A stretch of DNA of 58,897 bases, from positions 1-58,897 of IMG/VR virus record IMGVR_UViG_3300014962_000007; one strand, 5' to 3'. The translations under genes and the position numbers were made by a program. Below the pieces are notes generated by a model that was given only the letters and a program-made list of their open reading frames with translations, was not told where the DNA came from and did no database searches. The first letter of the stretch is position 1, and every line of letters begins with the position of its first letter. This document shows, in pieces, positions 52,207 to 58,897 of this stretch. This DNA is from a virus (Duplodnaviria > Caudoviricetes).

Positions 52207-53799
52207 TCAGTAGTAGCGGTTCTTGCTACGCGACTTGAAGTACCTGACCTCATCAGGCTCGTCGCTTGGGAGCCTGATGAACCCGCCCTGACGGAACCGC
52301 ATGAGCGCCATCACGGTGGTATCCACCAAGTCATCGTGCGCCATGAACGGAAAGCCAGCAATCTCCTCGACCACTTCCTCGGCCCAGCGGGTTTGCGGAA
52401 CCCAGCAAATTCCTGACCTCACGATGTCAGACACAGAGTTTAACCGTGCTAACTTGTCACCGCTACCTCTGTGTGGTGTGTATTCACCCACAGGTATCCC
52501 GGTGCGGCGCAATTCTTGGTAAAGCGCGGTGCCTGATGACTTCTTTTCCACGATGAAGCTGTCGGGCTCCCACTCGCGGTACTCCTCGGTGGCCAACTCC
52601 TTGAGTTCGTGGAACTCCATGCGCTTTTTGATCGCGTTCAGGAGGATGATGTTGTAGGTATTTGCACCCGGCCCCTCGCGCTCCTCGTTGAAGAACACGC
52701 CCCACGTGGTCAGTGCTGTGAAGTCGGCACGGTTGTGGGTCTCGGCTGCGGCGTCCAGCGTCATGATGATGTACTCACAGTCCGGCGGGTCTTCCTTTGT
52801 CCACTCGTTCCACCACTCCCGCTTGACGACGGACGCCTCCTCGGAGGTGGGGTTTTGCTGGTACTGGGCGTTCCACTGGAACACCGGCATGGACGCTTTT
52901 GTTCTGTGCAGCGCTGCGAGGTCAAAAAACTCTGGCCACAGGGGCTTCTCGGTGATGACCTTGGGGTCGTCCTTTGACGGCACCTCCACGATCGCTGGGA
53001 ACTCCACCACCTCGTACTGGTCGGCCTTCTCATTCTGGCCCATGTCGCGGGTCACGCGCCCGGTCAGGTCGTCCTGATGCCAACGCGTTTGCACGATAGC
53101 CACCCGGCCACCGGGCATCAGACGGGTACGGGCACCGTAGGTGAACCACTCGTACGCCTTCTCGAAAATCTCGAAGTTGCCGTTGATGATGTCCTGTTCG
53201 TTGTGCGGGTCATCGACCAGCAGCAGGTCAGCGCCGCGCCCAGCAAGGGCGGAGCCCACACCACAGGCAAAGTATTCGCCGCCGTAGTTGGTGTTCCAGC
53301 GCCCGGCAGACTTGGAATCTGCGGCAAGCGTGGTGTTCGGGAAAACTTCCTTGTACGCATCGCTGTCGATGATGTTTCGCACCTTGCGACCAAAGTCCAC
53401 GGCGAGGTCCGTGGTGTGGGACACCATCAGAACCTTCTTGTTGGGGTAACGTCCTAAGAACCACGCCGGGAAGTAAATACTAACCAACTGCGATTTGCCG
53501 TGGCGTGGTGGCATGTTCACGCAAACACGGTCCTTTTCCCCCTTGGCGATCGCCATCAGCATCGCCGCCAGCTTGCGGTGGTGCCGCCCGACTTTGTAGT
53601 CAGGCTGCATGTGCTTGCAGAACTCGATCAGGTCGTCATGGCACGACTGTGCCAGCTTGCGGGCATGCAGGATGTCCGCGATTTTCTCGATTTCCGCCTG
53701 TTCCTCAGGGGTGTACGAGTCCAAATTGTCCAGCATAAGCTGGACTTCTTCCTCTGTGAAGTCGATATTGAGGTCCACCGAGGTGTCGGACGCGCTCAT
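52207..53799 (-). CDS. terL: terminase large subunit
   Basis: Walker A MPPRHGKS, Walker B LLLVDD, TRWHQDD, YQQNP, nuclease acidic residues LDAA..DFTA..HDDLVD. Confidence 0.93.
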   Translation of the reverse strand: MSASDTSVDLNIDFTEEEVQLMLDNLDSYTPEEQAEIEKIADILHARKLAQSCHDDLIEFCKHMQPDYKVGRHHRKLAAMLMAIAKGEKDRVCVNMPPRHGKSQLVSIYFPAWFLGRYPNKKVLMVSHTTDLAVDFGRKVRNIIDSDAYKEVFPNTTLAADSKSAGRWNTNYGGEYFACGVGSALAGRGADLLLVDDPHNEQDIINGNFEIFEKAYEWFTYGARTRLMPGGRVAIVQTRWHQDDLTGRVTRDMGQNEKADQYEVVEFPAIVEVPSKDDPKVITEKPLWPEFFDLAALHRTKASMPVFQWNAQYQQNPTSEEASVVKREWWNEWTKEDPPDCEYIIMTLDAAAETHNRADFTALTTWGVFFNEEREGPGANTYNIILLNAIKKRMEFHELKELATEEYREWEPDSFIVEKKSSGTALYQELRRTGIPVGEYTPHRGSGDKLARLNSVSDIVRSGICWVPQTRWAEEVVEEIAGFPFMAHDDLVDTTVMALMRFRQGGFIRLPSDEPDEVRYFKSRSKNRYY

Positions 53800-54482
53800 T
53801 CTTGTTCTGGCTCAAAAATATCGACCGTTTTTGCAGGATTTGTGCAAATTTCCGGGGAATTTTCGGTTTCAGACGTGTTTTCTTTGGGTTCTTTCGGGGA
53901 AAGGCCCAGTTCAGCGTCAATGTCTATGATCTCACCACCCACTTCTATGGCGTCCTGCACGATTTCTTGCTTTCGCATGAGTTTTTGCAGCTTTCCGCGC
54001 AGGCGTTCCTTCAATTCGTCGGTCGTCTGGTGCGTGATCGTGACTTCCTGCTTCTCTGAGAACAGCCCGACGTCACTGTGCTTGCCCAAAAGCTCCAACG
54101 CACGGATTCTGATGCGGGGATCAGGGTTGCGGGACTCTTCGAGCAGTCGGTTTGTCACCAGATGACGCACTTCCACCGCGTGTGTGACCACGGCACGCCC
54201 GTATTCACCGAGGTAGTCGCGGATATTGATCAGGGAAGCGGGGGTCAGGGAGGCCGCACGCACGTTGCTTGTGAGCTTGGAGGTGCGCTCCGGGTCTTCA
54301 GCGTACGCCGTCGTCAACTTGGCCGCGACTTCTTGATCCTCGGCGGTGGGCTCAAGGTCAAGACCGTGCTTTTCCAGCAAAAGCGCCGAACGGCATGCTG
54401 CCTCGGCCCGCTCTCGCAGGTCGATGTATGAGATGTCGGGCGTGATTTCCACGCCCAATTCAGGCATCAGTTCGATTGTCAT
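53796..54482 (-). CDS. putative terminase small subunit
   Basis: Upstream of and overlapping TerL; RIRALELLGK..DVGLFSEKQEVT pattern; ATG 54482 with SD AAGGA. Confidence 0.65.
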   Translation of the reverse strand: MTIELMPELGVEITPDISYIDLRERAEAACRSALLLEKHGLDLEPTAEDQEVAAKLTTAYAEDPERTSKLTSNVRAASLTPASLINIRDYLGEYGRAVVTHAVEVRHLVTNRLLEESRNPDPRIRIRALELLGKHSDVGLFSEKQEVTITHQTTDELKERLRGKLQKLMRKQEIVQDAIEVGGEIIDIDAELGLSPKEPKENTSETENSPEICTNPAKTVDIFEPEQE

Positions 54483-54585
54483 TCGCAAGTCCTTGGACCG
54501 GGTGTTGGTGGCCTTATGTGCAGGTGCCGCGCTGCCTGTAACTTTGATAAAACCAAGCAACGGGCCATGGGCCACCAACGCGCAC

Positions 54586-54615
54586 AGTGTAGTTTGTTTT
54601 CCCAAAGGATGTCAA
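54586..54615 (-). promoter_or_regulatory. putative sigma70 promoter of the packaging/late operon
   Basis: TTGACA-18 bp-TACACT on minus strand about 100 nt upstream of TerS. Confidence 0.6.
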
Positions 54616-54887
54616 ACTTCCCTATGGTGGGTGTCCCATAGGTGTCGCAGGGACAGGCGGCGAACGGCTAATGGTAAGAAGTTATGGGGTGGGGGGTCAC
54701 AAAAGTATGTTGCGACAGATGTAGCGATAACCCGAATTTCGTCAACTACTGTAAAAAATTACAGTGGTATGGGGTCCCAACTCAAGGACGTGGGGGGTGT
54801 TTGAGCGTAATAGTAGACCTTCGCAGCCAACGGGACTCCAAACCATGCGCGGGGGGATGGGTACGGGTGGGTCACCGCGCCCCCCTA

Positions 54888-54903
54888 TGTTAGGGATTCC
54901 CTA
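54888..54903. repeat. palindrome copy 1 (TGTTAGGGATTCCCTA)
   Basis: Partial copy 31 bp upstream of the -35 at 54935. Confidence 0.8.
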
Positions 54904-54934
54904 TCGCCGCCAGCCTATCGGATTGTGCCAATCC

Positions 54935-54963
54935 TTGACAAACCATAACATGTTATGCATAAT
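54935..54963 (+). promoter_or_regulatory. putative sigma70 early promoter
   Basis: TTGACA-17 bp-CATAAT; spacer contains perfect palindrome CATAACATGTTATG. Confidence 0.7.
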
Positions 54964-55023
54964 ACATCCCATCGACGACGCATCTAGTCGATACCAACTC
55001 AACCCGATGCACAAGGAACTGAA

Positions 55024-55554
55024 ATGAAAGCAACTAACGTGAAACTGTCCAACGCGACCATCTCTGCCATCGGTGCATGGTCGGGCTCTACCCTGAAAGC
55101 TGACAAGTCCAAGGTCAAGGCGGTGGACGCCTTGCACGCCGATGGTGTGACGGCTGACATGCTTAAGGCACCGGGCAAAGATGAACCCCGCACTCTGTAC
55201 GAATCGGTGTGCACCGGCATCGTGACCGGCTTCGCGGCCAATGTTCAGGCCCTGCTCAAGAAGGACACCAAAAGCCTGAGCGAAGCACAGAAAAAAGACA
55301 AGCGCTACTGGCAGCAGCAAATCGGCTCCAAGCTCAAGGATTTGCGCAATGCATTGTCACGGCGTGAGCGTGATGCGTCCGGTGAGTCTGACGGTGCAGA
55401 AGCTGACAAGTCAACGTGGGAAGCCACCAAGCGCAAGGTGCTCAGCGAGATCATCACTCAGGCACAAAAGAAGGAAAGCACTACGATCAAGGACATGGCC
55501 GCGTTCATCAAGGACTTGCAATCGGCACTGGCCCGAATCCCGGCTAACGCCTAA
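55024..55554 (+). CDS. basic helical early protein, monocistronic
   Basis: 176 aa, SD AAGGA, own promoter and terminator. Confidence 0.8.
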   Translation: MKATNVKLSNATISAIGAWSGSTLKADKSKVKAVDALHADGVTADMLKAPGKDEPRTLYESVCTGIVTGFAANVQALLKKDTKSLSEAQKKDKRYWQQQIGSKLKDLRNALSRRERDASGESDGAEADKSTWEATKRKVLSEIITQAQKKESTTIKDMAAFIKDLQSALARIPANA

Positions 55555-55561
55555 CCCACAG

Positions 55562-55589
55562 AGCCCCGCTTCGGCGGGGCTTTTTTTTT
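55562..55589 (+). terminator. rho-independent terminator
   Basis: AGCCCCGC-TTCG-GCGGGGC followed by T9. Confidence 0.92.
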
Positions 55590-55607
55590 GCCCATTCGAT
55601 TTGTGAT

Positions 55608-55758
55608 GCCATGTTAGGGATTCCCTAACATGGCTTTGATACCAGTTCCAAGAGCGGCGTAGTGCCCGGACTTCGCACCCAACCAGCCCTCGACAGCCAC
55701 GCGCCCTGCGTTGTTAGGGATTCCCTAACACCCCTGATACCAGTTCCAAGAGCGGCGT
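55608..55758. repeat. two composite repeats about 100 bp apart: palindrome + 24-bp TGATACCAGTTCCAAGAGCGGCGT
   Basis: TGTTAGGGATTCCCTAACA at 55612 and 55712; identical 24-mer at 55637 and 55735. Confidence 0.9.
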
Positions 55759-55878
55759 GGAGCCCCAACGATGCCAACCCCGAAGGGGCGGGGAGCGCGA
55801 CTGTTCCACGTTTAGGCTGTTCTAATGTTCCACGTTTAGACTGTTCCAATGTTCTGTGTGGACAATGTTCCAATGTTC

Positions 55879-55895
55879 GTTAGGGACTCCCTAAC
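55879..55895. repeat. palindrome copy 4 (GTTAGGGACTCCCTAAC)
   Basis: Direct reading. Confidence 0.9.
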
Positions 55896-56327
55896 ACTGT
55901 TCCAAATCAACACACAATCTCGCTGTTATGGTGTGTTGCGTTGCTTAAATTTTGTGCAATGTTCCGGCAAATGTTCCAAAAAAGGGTGAAATGTTCCGTT
56001 GCTGTGGAACATTTTAGTTTTGTGCATATACGCACAGGCAATGGCACAGGGTTGTAGCTGGTGCTGTTTTATAACTATCAAATCTTATCTAATCTTATCT
56101 TTTTATATACTGTTCTAATGTTCCACTTTTTTAGAGAATATACCCACTACCCCAAACACACTTCCACAACACGTGGTAATTAATTAGGACAAGAAAAAAA
56201 GTGTGGAAGTGATCGCGGGGGGGGGTGTATGTCTTTTTTCCCCCAAAAAAGCGAACATTGTGGAACATCAAGGACTTACGTGACTACACTGTAAGAACAT
56301 CAAGCACAAATCACATCCACAACCCGC

Positions 56328-56356
56328 TTGACACTTCCACACTGGAACACTACACT
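56328..56356 (+). promoter_or_regulatory. putative sigma70 promoter
   Basis: TTGACA-17 bp-TACACT upstream of the 56386 gene. Confidence 0.65.
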
Positions 56357-56385
56357 TCCACACACTCAACCCACTGGAGCACCCC

Positions 56386-56811
56386 ATGAAAGTCCGAACA
56401 TTTGACATTCGCACCCGCTACACCTACGACGAGGGTCTGACCACCACCCACAACACGCCACTCTACGACAACAAGACCGCCCGACCCATCCCACCGACCG
56501 CCACCGTCCGAGTCAACGGGCAATACCTGACCCCCAAGCAGATCGTGTACATCCTGCACCACGCACCTGCACCGACCACATCGGACACCGACCCACCGCT
56601 GGCGCTCCCCCCATACATCCTCAACGTGGATGGCAACCCCCACAACATACGCATCGACAACCTCCGTGCATCGCTCACGTCACGGCGCTGGGGCGACAGG
56701 TGCAAAGATGTTGAGGTGAACAACATCATCATCCCCCGAGACTTGCTGGCACTGATGACCGAGGACGACCTCGCACGCTTCGGCATAACCCGGAATGACC
56801 TTCAAGAGTAA
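56386..56811 (+). CDS. degenerate HNH-like protein
   Basis: VRVNGQY....QIVYILHH...YILNVDGNPHNIRIDNLR resembles HNH_3 but has Asn where the catalytic His is expected; SD GGAG. Confidence 0.65.
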   Translation: MKVRTFDIRTRYTYDEGLTTTHNTPLYDNKTARPIPPTATVRVNGQYLTPKQIVYILHHAPAPTTSDTDPPLALPPYILNVDGNPHNIRIDNLRASLTSRRWGDRCKDVEVNNIIIPRDLLALMTEDDLARFGITRNDLQE

Positions 56812-56842
56812 CTATCAGAACATAGCATAGGGTGTGAAAACA

Positions 56843-56871
56843 TTGACAAACGTAACATCCTATGTTATACT
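56843..56871 (+). promoter_or_regulatory. strong sigma70 early promoter
   Basis: TTGACA-17 bp-TATACT; spacer contains TAACAT-CCT-ATGTTA. Confidence 0.8.
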
Positions 56872-56908
56872 GTAGTCTGTTCAGTCGAGCTATGCCTCAA
56901 CGGAACAG

Positions 56909-56927
56909 TGTTAGGGACTCCCTAACA
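56909..56927. repeat. palindrome copy 5 (TGTTAGGGACTCCCTAACA)
   Basis: About 30 nt downstream of the predicted transcription start. Confidence 0.9.
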
Positions 56928-56971
56928 GAACATTTGAATCAACCAAGAATGGAACAAACCAAGGAAACACC

Positions 56972-57139
56972 ATGAACGCACCACTCACCCGCCACGTCCC
57001 GTTCGCCGCCCTATCCATCGGGCAGATGTTCATCATGCACGGCACCGTGCACGTGAAGAAGTCGCTGACCACCGCACTCAACTGCCTCAACATGGGCCGT
57101 GTGCGCATCACCGAACAGACCACCGTGGAGATTGCATAA
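56972..57139 (+). CDS. small early protein (55 aa, not in ORF track)
   Basis: MNAPLTRHVPFAALSIGQMF...TTVEIA*; SD AAGGA. Confidence 0.7.
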   Translation: MNAPLTRHVPFAALSIGQMFIMHGTVHVKKSLTTALNCLNMGRVRITEQTTVEIA

Positions 57140-57140
57140 C

Positions 57141-57368
57141 ATGAACACCATGTCCGCGACTCGCACCTACACCTCGCGCCAACTCATGCGCGTGACAATC
57201 CCTGCCGGGTTCCTTGCGGTCAACGTTGCGCGACTGGGCGCAAAGCCCCGCTGGCAAATGAAACATGACCCGACCCGCGCCGTAACCTGCGCCACTTGTG
57301 GCGAATCGAATACCGCACCGACTGGCCCGTGCTGGCTTTGCGGCATCCCCCTTGGAGGTGACAAATGA
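57141..57368 (+). CDS. small Zn-ribbon early protein
   Basis: CATCGESN.....CWLCG. Confidence 0.65.
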   Translation: MNTMSATRTYTSRQLMRVTIPAGFLAVNVARLGAKPRWQMKHDPTRAVTCATCGESNTAPTGPCWLCGIPLGGDK

Positions 57369-57580
57369 CCAAGCGCCTCAAACCCATGTGCGCCATCTGT
57401 GGCGACACGTTCAGCCCCAAGCGTGCCAACGCAGGCTACAACAGTTGCATGCCTTGCGGCGATGCACTTGCCCGTGCAACTATCCGCACCATTGCCCCCA
57501 TGCACAAGTCCAACTACATGCTGTTCACCAACATGGACGACCTCAAGGGCATCAACAACAAGGGCGGCTTGCACCGCTAA
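57365..57580 (+). CDS. DksA/TraR-type C4 zinc-finger early protein
   Basis: CAICGDTFSPKRANAGYNSCMPCG fits CxxCG..I...R...G...CxxC; SD GGAGG. Confidence 0.6.
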   Translation: MTKRLKPMCAICGDTFSPKRANAGYNSCMPCGDALARATIRTIAPMHKSNYMLFTNMDDLKGINNKGGLHR

Positions 57581-57611
57581 CACCAACCAACCAACCAACC
57601 AAGGAGCAATC

Positions 57612-57872
57612 ATGAAACAACCCGACGACCTGTTCACACAAGAACTGCCCGGCTACGCCGCCCCTGCACAACACCCGTTAGGGAATCCCCTAACAACTCA
57701 CCACGTGCCAACACCGCTCAAGACCTATTACCGCTTCTACGTCGAGGCCCACGACGGCCTGACCACCGAATGGTGCGGCCTGACCAAGAAGCAAGCCCGA
57801 GACATGTACGCATACACCAGTGCACATCAACCCAGCAACGTCATCGCCTTCGGGTGGGAGGAGCAGACATGA
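57612..57872 (+). CDS. hypothetical early protein
   Basis: SD AAGGAG after (CCAA)5; contains palindrome variant GTTAGGGAATCCCCTAACA at 57677-57695. Confidence 0.7.
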   Translation: MKQPDDLFTQELPGYAAPAQHPLGNPLTTHHVPTPLKTYYRFYVEAHDGLTTEWCGLTKKQARDMYAYTSAHQPSNVIAFGWEEQT

Positions 57873-58024
57873 AAGTCGTCGTGATGTGCGGGAACCCCGC
57901 CGCAGGTTTCCACCTGACTGGGCCGTTCGATACGGTCGATGAAGCAAACGAGTGGGCCGATGACAACGTGGCCCGTGAATATGACTGGTGGGTGATGCCA
58001 CTGGCCGAACCCAAGGAGGACTGA
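57869..58024 (+). CDS. small early protein
   Basis: MKVVVMCGNPAAGFHLTGPFDTVDEANEWA...; SD GAGGAG. Confidence 0.7.
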   Translation: MKVVVMCGNPAAGFHLTGPFDTVDEANEWADDNVAREYDWWVMPLAEPKED

Positions 58025-58025
58025 C

Positions 58026-58373
58026 ATGAGGGCCGAACGCATAGCCAACAAGTCAGCACGGGCCATGGTGCAACTGCGCCGCCCGTTCGAGGGCAGTCAC
58101 TTGTTTGCACGGGAACGCACGCCTCAGCACGGAATGTCAACGCTGTACGTTGTTTACTCATACGGCGAACACTGGCCGCTGTACGTGGCCGAGACCGACG
58201 AGGGCAACAACACCACGTGGTACGAGATGGACGACAAGTACAGCCAGTCCACAACTCGCCATCAGTCCCAGTGCAACCCGCTCACGGGCACAATCAAGCT
58301 CACGGCTGGTGCGATGCGGCGGTGCGCCGTCGAGGGTATCGCTGGCGTGGCCGCGATGGGAGAGATGCGGTGA
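58026..58373 (+). CDS. hypothetical early protein
   Basis: YVVYSYGEHWPL...DKYSQSTTRHQSQ; SD AGGAGG. Confidence 0.75.
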   Translation: MRAERIANKSARAMVQLRRPFEGSHLFARERTPQHGMSTLYVVYSYGEHWPLYVAETDEGNNTTWYEMDDKYSQSTTRHQSQCNPLTGTIKLTAGAMRRCAVEGIAGVAAMGEMR

Positions 58374-58588
58374 GATACCCTGACTACGTGGTGTACCGCG
58401 ACCACGATGGGTGGTACCGTGTCTGCCATGACTGGTGGTGGGACGACCCGACATACAAGCTCGAAGGCCAACGAGTTGACACCCGCGAGGAAGTGGCGCG
58501 GTTCAAAGACATGCACGAGGCAACCGAGCTACGTGCGACCTATAACATGATGGTGCATGGCAAGCCTGCACTAGGAGCAACGACATGA
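58370..58588 (+). CDS. hypothetical early protein
   Basis: GTGA overlap, SD GGAG; VRYPDYVVYRDHDGWY... Confidence 0.6.
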   Translation: MRYPDYVVYRDHDGWYRVCHDWWWDDPTYKLEGQRVDTREEVARFKDMHEATELRATYNMMVHGKPALGATT

Positions 58589-58824
58589 CACAAGATAAAT
58601 TCATCAAGGCGCGCAAGCAACTGCATACGCTGTCACTGGCCGTGCACCACCGAGAGGGGTACATGCGCCATGCCCTTGCGCACTACAGCGCACGCCAATA
58701 CGAGTGGGCTATGTTCTACCATTTCCTGTTCCTGCAATGGCAGGACGAGGTGGAGCGGCTGCGCGAGGCCGCACTCAACACCGACGCGCACCGCCTGTGG
58801 TATCTGATCGGGGGCCAACCATGA
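58585..58824 (+). CDS. hypothetical early protein
   Basis: 79 aa; SD AGGAG. Confidence 0.7.
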   Translation: MTQDKFIKARKQLHTLSLAVHHREGYMRHALAHYSARQYEWAMFYHFLFLQWQDEVERLREAALNTDAHRLWYLIGGQP

Positions 58825-58897
58825 AAACATCTGAACTGACAGGCGCTGCCCTTGATTGGGCGGTGGCGCAAGCCGAAGGCTTTGATTGGTACATAGA
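58821..58897 (+). CDS. NinX/DUF2591-like protein (truncated by window end)
   Basis: MKTSELTGAALDWAVAQAEG N-terminal signature. Confidence 0.65.
   Translation, partial: MKTSELTGAALDWAVAQAEGFDWYI

Larger units (their letters stand above)
55801..56362. other. origin-like region: TGTTC/GAACA repeats around an AT-rich core
   Basis: 13 TGTTC copies in 55802-56123, GAACA copies mainly to the right, AT-rich 56065-56200, ACTTCCACA x4. Confidence 0.55.

Noticed and set aside
55608-55800. CRISPR array, possibly linked to the Cas4-like gene
   Set aside because: Only two units, repeat interrupted by a variable linker, no cas operon; Cas4-like nucleases are ordinary in phage replication modules and this one is 50 kb away.
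54888-57695. TTAGGG/CCCTAA telomere-like or protelomerase site
   Set aside because: Single hexamers within short dispersed palindromes, not tandem; no protelomerase recognised; terminase and portal indicate normal packaging.
1-58897. tRNA genes, integrase/att site, alternative genetic code, modified-base (e.g. PurZ) pathway
   Set aside because: None recognised by eye; core genes are intact in the standard code. Part of the genome lies outside the window, so absence is not proven.

Overview
Near-complete genome of a tailed dsDNA phage (Caudoviricetes, podovirus-like layout; likely a Gram-negative, probably proteobacterial host, which is inference). Plus strand 1-13.4 kb: nucleotide metabolism and replication (VRR-NUC, glutaredoxin, DUF3310-like, family A DNA polymerase, Cas4-like PD-(D/E)XK nuclease, three HNH-type genes, SNF2 helicase, SSB-like protein, primase-helicase). 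Minus strand 13.4-54.5 kb: terminases, portal, GroES-like co-chaperonin, scaffold, major capsid, small basic proteins, tail/adaptor/fibre genes, GH108 endolysin and holin, and very large internal/ejection proteins. Plus strand 54.6-58.9 kb: repeat-rich control region and small early genes. No integrase, RNA polymerase, tRNA, reverse transcriptase or CRISPR array was recognised. Most notable: (1) a [FYM]-x-x-G-G motif present 10 times across six late proteins, with one copy preceding a stand-alone H-x(0,1)-GEFV domain like the one near the cleaved C-terminus of tape-measure proteins, which may be a shared virion processing or targeting system; (2) a 72-aa gene with its own SD, overprinted in the +1 frame of the 2178-aa internal protein; (3) six copies of a 16-19 bp palindrome GTTAGGGA-N-TCCCTAAC, 8-bp-phased TGTTC repeats and a 33-bp inverted repeat bracketing an origin-like 1-kb segment; (4) a pseudoknot-capable RNA leader just after the capsid terminator. 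All family assignments come from motif recognition by eye, not database searches.
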